A stretch of DNA of 64,000 bases from a cyanobacterium endosymbiont of Rhopalodia gibba (GCA_045159875.1 CP067995.1:2688001-2752000), one strand, 5' to 3'; shown: positions 24,095 through 35,541, counted from the stretch's first letter. Translations and numbers: made by a program. Notes: a model not told the origin generated them from the sequence alone.

Positions 24095-25606
24095 CTACTC
24101 GCTAGTTTGGATAAAACTATCCTCTAACACTAAATTCTTGGCATCAAGACCGATTCGTAAGGTTATTTGGGAATCTAAATCCCCTGTAGAAGATGCCTCT
24201 ACTCTACCTAGTTCCAGAAGAGTTTGTAACTGTTGGGCAGCTCTTAGATCTCCTTTCTGCACGACAATCTCTGTCTCACCCAGAAGTCGAGGCGAGTCTT
24301 TAATCAGATAGACGTTATGAAAGTCATGATCTGCCAAATATTCCATCATCCGTTTTCCTCCCTCGGGATCATCGGTTGCATTTTGTAAGGCAATTCTGAC
24401 TCGGTTCGAAGAACGATGGCGTAGAGGTTTCCATTCAGAGGTAACATCAAAGTATTCTTCCATAATTTGATCAATCCCCCCTGAGGAAAGAACCCAATAG
24501 CTACGAGAATCAAATTCGTCTTTCTGACTAAACCGTCCAGGTAACATCACCATTTGAAGGTTTTTACCTTCTACTTTCCGCCCAAAATTGGCTAAGGTCA
24601 ACATTTCTTCCCAGCTGAGATTAGTATCTATACTCTGTTCAAGAAGACTAATTGCTTTAGGAATTTGGGGCAAAATAGTGGGGGTGTATAGCCGTTTTAG
24701 TAAAGCTTTTAGTAATATTTGTTGTCGTTGTACCCGTCCAATATCCCCATAACTATCTTTGCGAAAACGAGCAAAGTGTTCTGCTTGTTCCCCACTGAGA
24801 ATTCGCTGTCCTGCTTCAAGGTCAATTTTCAAATTCTGAGTTTTGTCTTCATATTTCATGGGATGAGAAACAAAGACCTCCACACCACCTACCAAGTTCA
24901 CTAATTTTATAAAAATATCGGTAGTAACCCGAACATAGCGATCAATAGGGACATCATTCAGCGTTTTACTCAAAACCCTGGCAGTCAAAGCTGGACCCCT
25001 ATAAATGTTAGCATCATTAACCTTGGTGTATCCTACCCCTGGGATATTAACTCTGCTGTCCCTGGGAATGGAGAGTATTTTTACTGAATAATCGCTGGGA
25101 TCAAAGCGTAATATTAAAATTGTGTCACTACGCCCTCCAAAAGCATCCAAACTTCCTGGTGGGGCATCAGGAACTCGATCAATTCCCAAGACTAAAATAT
25201 TGACAGGACGAGATAATCGATATTGTAAGACTACCCCCTCTTCTTTTTGTTCGGGTTTAGGTATTAAGGCAGATGGAGTGTCAGTTTCAGCGTTAAGGAT
25301 TTTTTGTTCCCAAGGAAGTTGTATCTGCTCAATAAAAGGAATTAACCTTTCTGATAAAGGACTGAAGAGACTAATGGTCGCCCCAACAGTAGCGGATAGT
25401 GCAGCTGTACAACTAAATGTGATCCCCCATAACAATCCACGATAAAAAGGGATAAGTCCTTTTGAACGGAGACTTTTAGTAGGAATCTTGGTTGGAGAGG
25501 TATTTCTTGACTTATAGAGATATTTACCAGATTTAAGAAATTTTCTAGGAACTGGTGTTTGTTGAAGACTAGTTATTGTGGACATTCTTTCAAAACTATC
25601 GGTCAT
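24095..25606 (-). CDS. LCP (LytR-CpsA-Psr) family protein with LytR_C domain
   Basis: NILVLGID, RSDT, SIPRD and ARFR..GDIGRVQRQ motifs. Confidence 0.95.
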   Translation of the reverse strand: MTDSFERMSTITSLQQTPVPRKFLKSGKYLYKSRNTSPTKIPTKSLRSKGLIPFYRGLLWGITFSCTAALSATVGATISLFSPLSERLIPFIEQIQLPWEQKILNAETDTPSALIPKPEQKEEGVVLQYRLSRPVNILVLGIDRVPDAPPGSLDAFGGRSDTILILRFDPSDYSVKILSIPRDSRVNIPGVGYTKVNDANIYRGPALTARVLSKTLNDVPIDRYVRVTTDIFIKLVNLVGGVEVFVSHPMKYEDKTQNLKIDLEAGQRILSGEQAEHFARFRKDSYGDIGRVQRQQILLKALLKRLYTPTILPQIPKAISLLEQSIDTNLSWEEMLTLANFGRKVEGKNLQMVMLPGRFSQKDEFDSRSYWVLSSGGIDQIMEEYFDVTSEWKPLRHRSSNRVRIALQNATDDPEGGKRMMEYLADHDFHNVYLIKDSPRLLGETEIVVQKGDLRAAQQLQTLLELGRVEASSTGDLDSQITLRIGLDAKNLVLEDSFIQTSE

Positions 25607-26143
25607 GTTTACCTCATCACCATAAACCGCCCTTTGATGACATTAAACTTGCGAAACAATTGTCTGTCGTCACTATCATGGATGTTAGTTTCTGGGTAAA
25701 AGTTCCTTTTTCTTTAATGATTTTCAGTATTGTTACTCTATTTATTTTTTCCTCTTAATCCCTGTTACCGTTTAGCTTGTCTCGTACTTTTTCTTACTGA
25801 CTTAGGTTAGCTGACCCTAATCTATTCCCAATATTAGGATTCTAAGGCGAGTTTACCAAAATATTCCTCCTGCATATAACGAATGTCTTCTCTATGAGAG
25901 ATATATAATCTTCTCAATTTCTAATCCTTTCAGCAATCAGTACAATCTCTAAATTGTTGAGACGTTATCTGAACACCAATAAAGGGGGATCGTTTTGCTT
26001 TACCTTAACTAATTTCTTCGAGTCTCTGGTTTATAGATGGCATTGGCAAAAAATTAATATTCACTGTTGTCGAGATATTATATATCCAGCTTCGCTATTT
26101 CCAAATCCTAAGATACTCTCACTGTTTGTGCTTATTGTGTAAT

Positions 26144-26179
26144 AGTCCTCTCCATTTTCTAAACAAAATGGAGAGGACT
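26144..26179. repeat. Perfect inverted repeat, 15-bp arms, 6-nt loop
   Basis: AGTCCTCTCCATTTT-CTAAAC-AAAATGGAGAGGACT. Confidence 0.9.
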
Positions 26180-26260
26180 CCACTGAAATAAACACGTCCC
26201 GTCCTCACAATAATACGATATGATGAAAGGCGTTGTATTTAATGCTGAACAAAAAAACTT

Positions 26261-26563
26261 ATGGCTAAAAAATCGATGATTGAGCGGGAAAAAAAGCGCA
26301 CTCGCTTGGTAGAGAAATATGCAGAGAAGCGGGAAACTATCAAAGAAGAATTCCGCGTTGCTGAGACTTATGAAGAAAAGATGGAGCTTCATCGCAAACT
26401 TCAACGTCTCCCCCGCAACAGTGCACCTAATCGTCGTCGGAACCGTTGTATGGTAACAGGTCGTCCCAGGGCTTATTATAGAGATTTTGGTCTATCTCGT
26501 AATCTCCTACGGGAATGGGCACATGAAGGGTTATTACCTGGTGTTGTTAAGTCTAGCTGGTAA
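26261..26563 (+). CDS. rpsN: 30S ribosomal protein S14
   Basis: [10 protein letters not shown]...[11 protein letters not shown]...LPGVVKSSW. Confidence 0.99.
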   Translation: MAKKSMIEREKKRTRLVEKYAEKRETIKEEFRVAETYEEKMELHRKLQRLPRNSAPNRRRNRCMVTGRPRAYYRDFGLSRNLLREWAHEGLLPGVVKSSW

Positions 26564-26590
26564 TGATTTAGTGGATAGTCAATGGAATTA

Positions 26591-26625
26591 AGTGACCAGT
26601 TATTAGCGAATGATAATTGGTCATT
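26591..26625 (+). terminator. Imperfect hairpin after rpsN
   Basis: AGTGACCAGTTATTA-GCGAA-TGATAATTGGTCATT with G:U pairs, about 27 nt after the stop. Confidence 0.6.
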
Positions 26626-27152
26626 GTTCGTCTGTCTTAAGACAAAGCAGCCCAGTCTCTTGAAACCTCCTTAGCTAAAAGTCTTGATTAAGGCTTTCAG
26701 TCCTGTCTACTATATTTATAGTTTATAGTCCTTGATCATAGATTTAACATTGCATTGAGTTTCTCTACACTGTTCTTAGCTAGTAGCTATGATTCGGTAG
26801 AATAGAATAAATATCAATAAAAAACTGTTCTCTTTGAGAGGTTTTTATTGTCGGAGACAACAGCAATTAATTCCTAAGCTCTCAATGATAGAATCACTCA
26901 CTACATTAGCTACAGCAGACTCGCTAAGAAATGTTTCTTGAAAGTTAAAAACTTGCATTTTCGTTACAATGGCAATGCTGGAAGAACTTAAGTCGTTTTT
27001 TCCTTCCGGTTACTTGTGAACAAGAATCTGGATTGCTTGTTGAGCTATATCGATTCGGAAATAAACTCTCGAGCAAGCTGAGTTTAAGATGGCAGGATAG
27101 TCGGACAAATAGGTCAGCGATCATAAAAATTTGTTAATAGCAAAAAACTGCA

Positions 27153-27767
27153 ATGGAGTTTGCTGAAGATACGAACTGTATTATAGAAGGATATGCTCAA
27201 GGTTATTTTGTAATGGCCGATGAGATGGGTGTGTTAGGTTGGTATTCAAGTCGTCAACGGGCTTTAATTCCTCTTGATGAACGTTTTCATTATCCGAAGT
27301 CTTTACGGCGAATTTTAAATCAAAAACGGTTTTCAGTAGAGATTAACCGAGATTTTTTAGGAGTTTGTCGAGGATGTGCTGAGCGAGAAACGACTTGGAT
27401 TTCACCCCAACTAATCAAGATCTACTACAACCTCTATCAACAGGGTTGGGCTTATAGTTTTGAAACCTGGCAAGGAAATGAGTTAGCTGGAGGAATTTTG
27501 GGGATTGCTATTCGGGGGGTATTTATTGGAGAATCGATGTTTTATCGGATTCCTGATGCTTCTAAAGTGGCAATGGTTAAGTTAGTAAAATATCTGAAAA
27601 AAAGAGATTTTGTATTGTTTGATGCTCAGTTACAAAATCCTCATCTCGAAAGATTTGGAGCTTATCAAGTTAGTGATAGAAAGTATAAGATTTTGTTGCA
27701 AAAAGCCTTAGCAAAAAACTGTATTTTTGGGAATGTTGGGCAACCACTTAATACTAAGTCACTTTGA
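27153..27767 (+). CDS. aat: Leucyl/phenylalanyl-tRNA-protein transferase
   Basis: TTWI, FIGESMF, ASKVA and NPHLERFGA motifs. Confidence 0.95.
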   Translation: MEFAEDTNCIIEGYAQGYFVMADEMGVLGWYSSRQRALIPLDERFHYPKSLRRILNQKRFSVEINRDFLGVCRGCAERETTWISPQLIKIYYNLYQQGWAYSFETWQGNELAGGILGIAIRGVFIGESMFYRIPDASKVAMVKLVKYLKKRDFVLFDAQLQNPHLERFGAYQVSDRKYKILLQKALAKNCIFGNVGQPLNTKSL

Positions 27768-27791
27768 AAATTATGAGTCGATGATGGTTGA

Positions 27792-27847
27792 CTTCCTAGA
27801 AACAGTTAAGACTAAGACTTAGCTTAGTCTTAACTGTTTCTAGGAAG
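27792..27847. repeat. Perfect inverted repeat, 25-bp arms, 6-nt loop, downstream of aat
   Basis: CTTCCTAGAAACAGTTAAGACTAAG-ACTTAG-CTTAGTCTTAACTGTTTCTAGGAAG. Confidence 0.95.
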
Positions 27848-29934
27848 AATGGGGTAAAAATCTAGTTTTATTTACTTAATTATCACAAATCAGATATTTC
27901 CTCATTTACGTGCAGTCAAGCCTTTGAATCCAAAGTTTTTTTCTGAATAAATAGAGTTAATATCTATTGATAGGTAACAGATGACCTAACAATAGATATT
28001 AATATCATAATAGATATATCCGTTAATACTTTTAGTTCAAGCCACATAGTTACCTAAAAAAATACGGGTATTTACATTACAATTTTCTATCGCTCAATCT
28101 GTTTACTTCAATCTTAAATAAAGTCCTTATTTAGGACACTTATCTTTTTTTAAAAACAATTTTATAAAAACTAATTTCTGGGACTACTTGATAAATCTTA
28201 ACTAAACTCCGTGAGTGATTAATATAATAATTGTTTTTATCAGTTATTATATTGATTGTTTAAGCTGTGCCGTTTTATTCTAATTTTTTAGTACGTAGTT
28301 TAACATAAGAACGTGGTATTGTTATTTTTTGCAGTAAGAAAAAATTACTTTAAAAGTTTTATCTATTCTCTCATTCTTTGTGAATCTAAAATCGAAATAT
28401 TGGAAAACCATGTATTTACTTATATATAACATATGTAGTCTTTAAAGGTTGTTTTAACAACATAATTGAACATAGTATTAATTATGATATTTTTATTGTT
28501 TAAAATAAGTAAATTTAAATATCATTAATTATTATGTATTATTTTAAGAAATAAATTAGCTAACATAACTAGAAAAACAAAAACTATTAAAGTTAACTTT
28601 AGATCCAAAAAATATCTGCAGAACGAAAGCAAAAATATTTTATTAAAATACAAAAAAATAGAAAGTTTAAAAACTGATCTATTGGGTAGAACTATGACAA
28701 AAATAATTTATATATAGATTTTTTGAAAAGTAGAAATAAAATAGTAGTGTAAAATTATTTATGATAATTAATAGTTATTTGAGTTTTTTTTAGAAACCCC
28801 TAAAAATTGATTTTTGGACTAATTTATAAAATTTTTAAAAGAGAATATAAAAATAAAAAAAGTAAAGATAAAAATTACTTTATTTTTTTAAAAAAAGTCA
28901 ACTAGGTAGATCATAAAATGCTATTTTATTCACTAAATAATAGTATTTTAATTTTGAAAAAATAAATTAAATAGATTTAAGAGTATAAAGTTTAGTGAAT
29001 TTTTTTGATTTAAAAATTAAAGAATAAAAGATAATTTTATTAAGTAAAAAAGTTTTTTACAGCCAATTTAGATAAAAATGCAGATAAAGTGGATAAATAC
29101 GGCAAATATAAGAAAATAGACATGAGAATTATCATCGATACTGACACAGTATATATAAGTGGTTTAATTTAAGCTAAACTGAAACAATTTTTAAAAAAAA
29201 CATAATTATTTTTTTCTAAAAAAATTAGAAAATTAAATACAATCAAAGAAAATCTACATTAGATAAAAGTTCATAAAATTATGGAAAAATATTTATCAAT
29301 AAACCCAGTTCACCTAAAAAAAACAAAAAAAACTTACTCCAAAAAGTCACTCTAAAAAGAGTAGATTGAAATAGTATAAATCTATAAAACAGCATGAGCT
29401 CAACTATAATTGCTCAAATATAGAAATATAAAATAATTTTACTTTATTTATAGGGGGCATTCGGAGCTACTTACTGAAAAAATAAAATTTGAAATGAGGA
29501 TAGATTTACTCTAAAATAGAATTACCGAAAACCTCTCTCACTTATATAACTTAGTATTAAGTATGAGTCAATAATATTCATATTAATAATTGTGCTTCTC
29601 ATGGAACTTTCTATTATTCCTCAAAATACCACTCTAGCAGTTGACAATAATAACGTGGCAAAAATATCTGGAATTTAACGTACGGGTTGTTATCCTAATG
29701 GAAATAATCTTATTAGACGAGGGATAATTTTAAAATTTAGAACTCTACAAACAAATAAATTAGACTCTGTAGAGGTGATTTTTAAATTAATTACCCACGG
29801 CAAATAATATGTCCGTATATTAATGATCACCTCAGTTACCACAAGATTAAAGCTGTTTCAACTTATGTAATTTAACAAACTAAAAACAACTGACTAAGAT
29901 AACGCTATTCTATTATCGTTAAGGAGTGATAACA

Positions 29935-32805
29935 ATGTCTGGTTCTAATACCATCCGCATCCGGGGTGCAAAACAACATAATCTAAAAAACATTGATTTA
30001 GATCTTCCTCGCGATCGCCTGATTGTTTTTACAGGGGTTTCAGGTTCGGGTAAGTCGTCTTTGGCCTTTGACACTATCTTTGCAGAGGGACAACGGCGTT
30101 ATGTGGAGTCTTTGAGCGCCTATGCGAGACAGTTTTTAGGGCAATTAGATAAGCCAGATGTAGATGCGATTAACGGGTTAAGTCCGGCTATTTCCATTGA
30201 TCAAAAGTCAACGTCCCATAACCCTCGCTCTACAGTAGGGACGGTCACAGAAATTTATGATTATCTACGGTTATTGTTTGGAAGAGCTGGAGAGCCCCAT
30301 TGTCCAGTGTGTAATCGCAGTATCGCACCACAAACCGTTGATCAAATGTGTGATCGTGTCATGGAACTTAAAGATCGCACGAAATTTCAACTTTTGTCCC
30401 CTGTGGTACGAGGAAAAAAAGGAACTCATAAAAAGTTATTGTATAGTTTAGCTTCTCAAGGATTTGTTCGAGTCCGGATTGATGGGAAAGTTCGTGAACT
30501 TTCTGATACTTTTGAATTAAAGAAAAATCACTATCATAACATTGAAATTGTCATAGATCGTCTCATAAAAAAAGAAGGAATTGAAGAACGGCTAACAGAT
30601 TCTTTAAGTACCTGTTTACATCAATCAAACGGACTAGCAATTATTGCTATTTTAGATTCAGATGATAATAATAACTGGGAGAAGGGAAAGCCTTCAGAAA
30701 TTATATTTTCTGAAAACTTTGCTTGTCCCGACCATGGGGCAGTTATCGAAGAATTATCTCCCCGTTTATTTTCTTTTAATTCTCCCTATGGTGCTTGTCC
30801 CAACTGCCATGGGTTAGGAAGTTTGCGTCAATTTTCCCCTGATTTAGTGATTCCTGACCCTTCAATTCCTTTGTATGCTGCGATCGCCCCTTGGTCAGAC
30901 AAAGATAATTCTTCCTATCTTTCTTTTTTCTATAGTGTGGGTCAAACCTACGGTTTTGATATTCAAACTCCTTGGAATAAATTAACTAAGGAGCAGCAAG
31001 AAATCCTACTTTATGGGACTAAAGAACCTATCTATTTTAAGAATGATTCTCGCGCTGACAATGATAAAGGTTGCTATCGTACTTTTAATGGTATTCTATC
31101 AATTTTAGAGCGGAATTATAAAGAAGCTAGTTCTGATATTTTTAAACAAAAATTAGAAAAATATTTGATTGATAAAACCTGTGAAGTTTGTCAAGGAAAA
31201 CGATTAAAACCTGAATCTTTATCTGTCCGGTTAGGTCAATATATGATTGATGAATTAACTAGCGTTTCTATTGATAAATGTTTAGAAAAAATTAATCAAT
31301 TGCAATTGACTCAAAGACAACAGTTAATTGGAGAACTAGCCTTAAAAGAAATCAAAAATCGTCTACAATTCCTCCTTGATGTGGGGTTAGATTATTTAAC
31401 CTTAGATCGAGGAACTAAGACCTTATCAGGGGGAGAAGCACAACGCATCCGTTTAGCCACCCAAATCGGCTCAGGATTAACAGGAGTGTTATACGTATTG
31501 GATGAACCTAGTATTGGCTTACACCAACGGGATAATGGACGTTTATTAAATACCCTCAAAAAACTACGAGATTTGGGGAATACTTTGATTGTTGTTGAAC
31601 ATGATGAAGAGACAATCCGCAGTGCAGACCATCTTGTTGATATTGGACCCCTTGCAGGAATTCATGGTGGACATATTGTCTGCCAGGGTGATTTTAAAAC
31701 ATTGATTCAAACCGATAAATCCCTAACAGCGGATTATATATCTGGGAGAAAAGTAATAAAAACTCCGGATAAACGTCGCTCTGGAAATGGAGCGTATTTA
31801 AAGCTAATTAGTTGCTGTAAAAATAATCTAAAAAATATTGACATTGAAATTCCTTTAGGTAAATTAGTTTGTATTACAGGAGTTTCAGGCTCAGGAAAAT
31901 CTACATTAGTTAATGGATTGTTATATCCCGCCCTACAACATCATTTAACTCGTCATGTTCCTTTTCCTAAAAAATTAGGTGGAATAAAGGGATTGGAGGC
32001 AATAGACAAAGTAATTGTTATTGATCAATCTCCCATTGGCAGAACACCCCGATCCAATCCTGCTACTTATACAGGAGTTCTTGATAGTATTAGAGAGCTT
32101 TTTTCCCAAACCATTGAAGCAAAAGCCAGAGGATACAAACAAGGTCAATTTTCTTTTAATATAAAAGGGGGGAGGTGTGAAATGTGTGGCGGTCAGGGAG
32201 TTAACGTTATTGAGATGAATTTTCTTCCTAACGTTTATGTTAAGTGTGAGGTTTGCAAAGGAACAAGATACAATCGAGAGACCCTACAAGTTAAGTATAA
32301 AGATTATTCTATTGCTGATGTTTTAAACATGACAATTGAAGAAGCGTTAGGCGTTTTTCAAAATATTCCTAAAGCTATGAAAAGACTACAAACCTTAGTT
32401 GATGTTGGGTTAGGGTATATTAAATTAGGGCAGTCTGCACCGACCCTATCGGGAGGAGAAGCACAACGGGTTAAATTAGCATCAGAATTGTCTAGAAGGG
32501 CAACTGGAAAAACCCTCTATCTGATTGACGAACCAACGACAGGACTATCATTCTATGATGTTCATCATCTATTGAATGTGTTGCAATGTTTAGTGGATAA
32601 AGGAAATTCCATATTAGTGATTGAGCATAATTTAGATGTGATACGTTGTGCGGATTGGGTTATTGATTTGGGTCCAGAAGGAGGGGATAAAGGAGGAGAA
32701 ATCATTGCTCTAGGAACTCCAGAACAAGTTGCTAGTAGTTTTACTTCTTACACAGGAAAATATTTAAAACAAACTTTACAAGAATACCAGGTACGAAAGT
32801 CTTAA
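29935..32805 (+). CDS. uvrA: Excinuclease ABC subunit A
   Basis: Two GVSGSGKS Walker A motifs, LSGGEAQR twice, zinc fingers; AGGAG RBS at 29922. Confidence 0.99.
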   Translation: MSGSNTIRIRGAKQHNLKNIDLDLPRDRLIVFTGVSGSGKSSLAFDTIFAEGQRRYVESLSAYARQFLGQLDKPDVDAINGLSPAISIDQKSTSHNPRSTVGTVTEIYDYLRLLFGRAGEPHCPVCNRSIAPQTVDQMCDRVMELKDRTKFQLLSPVVRGKKGTHKKLLYSLASQGFVRVRIDGKVRELSDTFELKKNHYHNIEIVIDRLIKKEGIEERLTDSLSTCLHQSNGLAIIAILDSDDNNNWEKGKPSEIIFSENFACPDHGAVIEELSPRLFSFNSPYGACPNCHGLGSLRQFSPDLVIPDPSIPLYAAIAPWSDKDNSSYLSFFYSVGQTYGFDIQTPWNKLTKEQQEILLYGTKEPIYFKNDSRADNDKGCYRTFNGILSILERNYKEASSDIFKQKLEKYLIDKTCEVCQGKRLKPESLSVRLGQYMIDELTSVSIDKCLEKINQLQLTQRQQLIGELALKEIKNRLQFLLDVGLDYLTLDRGTKTLSGGEAQRIRLATQIGSGLTGVLYVLDEPSIGLHQRDNGRLLNTLKKLRDLGNTLIVVEHDEETIRSADHLVDIGPLAGIHGGHIVCQGDFKTLIQTDKSLTADYISGRKVIKTPDKRRSGNGAYLKLISCCKNNLKNIDIEIPLGKLVCITGVSGSGKSTLVNGLLYPALQHHLTRHVPFPKKLGGIKGLEAIDKVIVIDQSPIGRTPRSNPATYTGVLDSIRELFSQTIEAKARGYKQGQFSFNIKGGRCEMCGGQGVNVIEMNFLPNVYVKCEVCKGTRYNRETLQVKYKDYSIADVLNMTIEEALGVFQNIPKAMKRLQTLVDVGLGYIKLGQSAPTLSGGEAQRVKLASELSRRATGKTLYLIDEPTTGLSFYDVHHLLNVLQCLVDKGNSILVIEHNLDVIRCADWVIDLGPEGGDKGGEIIALGTPEQVASSFTSYTGKYLKQTLQEYQVRKS

Positions 32806-32841
32806 ATTAAATAATTAAGTATTTACTGAACTTAGGACGGT

Positions 32842-33097
32842 AAATATCCAGAGTCTGACTATGCTACGAATCAACAAGTCAAGGACAAGTACGCCCACGA
32901 CATCAGCTATTATCTCTGCATGGTTACTGTTTAATTATCGGTAAAATTGGCCCTATGGACGATTACCTTGTTGCTATAATCGATGAAATCAACCGCACTT
33001 TTGAGCTGATCGCTAAGTCGGTACATTGAAGCTCTAAGGTATATTAAAGTTAACCACAGTTTTATCTAGAGAAGCTAGTTTCTACACTAACTCCTAA
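32842..33097 (+). pseudogene. cpcA: C-phycocyanin alpha subunit relic (C-terminal half)
   Basis: [16 protein letters not shown]...[20 protein letters not shown]...[15 protein letters not shown]; the chromophore Cys of KCARD reads Y. Confidence 0.9.
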
Positions 33098-33149
33098 GGT
33101 CTTGTTATTTCTAATTGTTAAATTACACTCTCTAGAAAAATTTTCTAAT

Positions 33150-33946
33150 AGCAAAGATAATCGTGCTCATACTGTCGAACAAGGGCTAAAAAATTTATAG
33201 CAAACTTATCAAACCCAGTGCGCGTTACTATAGTGCTTGGTTATTACCCAGTTTCGAGTTAGTGACGCAATGGCTGTTAAGGCTTTGTTGACCACTTTTT
33301 TGAAGGTAATTATAATTACCCGCTTAGACGTAGTACTGCCATAGCTCTAGAAAAATTGGGCGATCACCGAGATATGACCTTATCAATCAAAACCCTTGAT
33401 TGTTCAAACTACGACACTTAGAGAGCCTATCACCCAGATGTTGAAAATGCCGGAGTATAAGAAATCGGTGAATCTCTGAGTTAAGTTGTTAAACAGCACA
33501 ATAGAAGCGATCTCAAAAGTAAAAAGAAAACTTCATCCAATCAAACTCTACGAAGCCATTATTGAAGCTTGAGAGACCTTACAGGCTAAGTCGGTGTTAT
33601 TGTCAATTAAGCTCTTTTTAGAGGTTTTTTATGACAAAAGTCTTATATGTCTGTCGCAGGAAAAATTATCTATTAGTTGATAAAAAAAGCAATTTATGTT
33701 GTTAGATAGGTGGGACTTTGACTAGGGAAAGGATTAACAGTGACGTTATTTAGCCATGATCGATTCAGGGACTATTGGTTATGTGGAAGGAACTTGAGGT
33801 GACTACCTATACGTTCAGCAGAAAATAGACCAAAATCACCTGCTCTTGAGTAATTTTTGAAACAAAATTTGTCTAAGTAATTTTCTCTCAGAGAGGTTAA
33901 TCTACCGACAGCGTTAGAGTGATGGGGTTAGTATTGATAGCCTTAA
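33150..33946 (+). pseudogene. cpcE: Phycocyanin alpha phycocyanobilin lyase CpcE relic
   Basis: TVEQGLKNL, ARYYSAWLL, YPLRRSTAIALEKLGD, YEAIIEA, DSGTIGY, AEN and RVMGL fragments in order. Confidence 0.85.
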
Positions 33947-34010
33947 CCAAAAGGATGATTAAAGAAATTCGCTCTTCTAGAGCGAATTTCTTTAATCATC
34001 CTTTTGGTTA
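33944..34010. repeat. Perfect inverted repeat, 32-bp arms, 3-nt loop, downstream of ado
   Basis: TAACCAAAAGGATGATTAAAGAAATTCGCTCT-TCT-AGAGCGAATTTCTTTAATCATCCTTTTGGTTA. Confidence 0.95.
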
Positions 34011-34042
34011 GAAATCTTTTTAAGATTACGTAACAAAGTGTT

Positions 34043-34738
34043 CTAAGCTGCTTTTAAGCCATAGGAAGACATTTGCACGATATCACGGGTGCTAAAGCCA
34101 ATACTACTTAATGCTTCTCCATAACTAATCATAAAGTCTTCAACTAATGCTTCTTTTTCCATTCCTAAAACTTCTGCATCGTCTTTAACTTGATTAAGCA
34201 TTGTCCAAACGATAGGTAAATTGCCTTTGTTAGCTTCTTCTAATTCCGCTTTTGATGTTTCAAAATTCTTTTGAAGCCAGACCTCACCAAAATTTAAATG
34301 AACATATTCATCTTTAACCACTCTTTCGGTAATTTTTCGGGCAAAGGGGTCAGCAACAGGAATGTAAATATTATAAGCAGCAATAGCAAAAGCTTCGATA
34401 ATCAAAGATTGAATTAACAAGCAAGTAACAATCTTTTCTTGGGCTTTGGCTTGTTGGAAGTTTCTATTGAGTTGGGCAAAAAATTTTTGAGCATACTCCA
34501 TATCAGGAGTAACACTCAAATTCTTCCCACAGGACTGAAAACCTTTCTTGTGACGGTTTTCCATCTTAGCAAGACGGATTAACTCATCTTTATGATCAGG
34601 TAACATTTGAGCTATATCTATATAATTCTGATACGCCTCTTCTTCGCCTTTAATAACGATGGCATTAATGCGACTGTAGGCGTCCTTGTAGGTTTCGCTG
34701 TTGAACTCAAGCTCTGAGCGTGTGGCAAGCTCTTGCAT
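34043..34738 (-). CDS. ado: Aldehyde-deformylating oxygenase (alkane biosynthesis)
   Basis: [22 protein letters not shown] and DEYVH di-iron ligand motifs; 231 aa. Confidence 0.97.
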   Translation of the reverse strand: MQELATRSELEFNSETYKDAYSRINAIVIKGEEEAYQNYIDIAQMLPDHKDELIRLAKMENRHKKGFQSCGKNLSVTPDMEYAQKFFAQLNRNFQQAKAQEKIVTCLLIQSLIIEAFAIAAYNIYIPVADPFARKITERVVKDEYVHLNFGEVWLQKNFETSKAELEEANKGNLPIVWTMLNQVKDDAEVLGMEKEALVEDFMISYGEALSSIGFSTRDIVQMSSYGLKAA

Positions 34739-34792
34739 AAGATAGTTTATCTCCTGTGGATTATCAACTGAGTTTACGGGTTAAAGTGGTGT

Positions 34793-34909
34793 CCTTATGA
34801 AAATTAAGACTCTTGATCTTGATGGTTAAGTTTAACTTGAACTATTCTCCATAATACCTTATGAAAATTAAGACTCCTGGTGCTTAAGTCTAACTTGACT
34901 ATTCTCCAT
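34793..34909. repeat. Degenerate tandem duplication (about 60 and 53 bp) upstream of ado
   Basis: CCTTATGAAAATTAAGACTC...TAACTTGA(A)CTATTCTCCAT at 34793-34852 and 34857-34909. Confidence 0.85.
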
Positions 34910-35505
34910 TAAAGAAGAAGGCAGCTTTGAAAGAAGAAAGTAGCTTTAAATAAACGTTAAAAAATAAATTATTTTATGTTGCTAAATAAGTGAACTTAAA
35001 TAAGTACAGAATAGAATAAGTAATTAAAATAGATCGCTCACCATAGACCAGTTTTTCTATAAAAAATAGCTAACAGAATGAAAAAAGCAAGAACTATTAA
35101 AATTAACTTGTAACTCGAAGTTTCTCCCAGAACAAGAATAAAAATACAGATCTTATGTTGGAAGACCAATAAAAAGTTAAAAATGTTGCAGACTGTGCAA
35201 ATCTATCAGAAGATTCAATACAAGAAAAAAATATACATAAATTATTGAAGTAAAGTATAAAAAGTATTATATCTTACTTTTTCGATAAGTGGAAGAAAAA
35301 AAATGGTTAAACAAAACATAAAGTATATAAAATAAATCATTATACAAGAATAGAAATATAATAAATAGCAACCATTTAAAAATTAAAAAAATAGAGAAAA
35401 ATAAGATTATTTTTTAAAGCAATCCATGATATGGTAGTTTTCAACTATCTAGAAATAAAAGGGTTTATTCAAAAATAAACTTTCTACATTTTCAAAGATT
35501 AAAAA

Positions 35506-35541
35506 ATAAATTTTAAAAAAATATATTTTTTTAAAATTTAT
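35506..35541. repeat. Perfect 36-bp AT-only palindrome
   Basis: ATAAATTTTAAAAAAATA|TATTTTTTTAAAATTTAT; low complexity. Confidence 0.6.
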
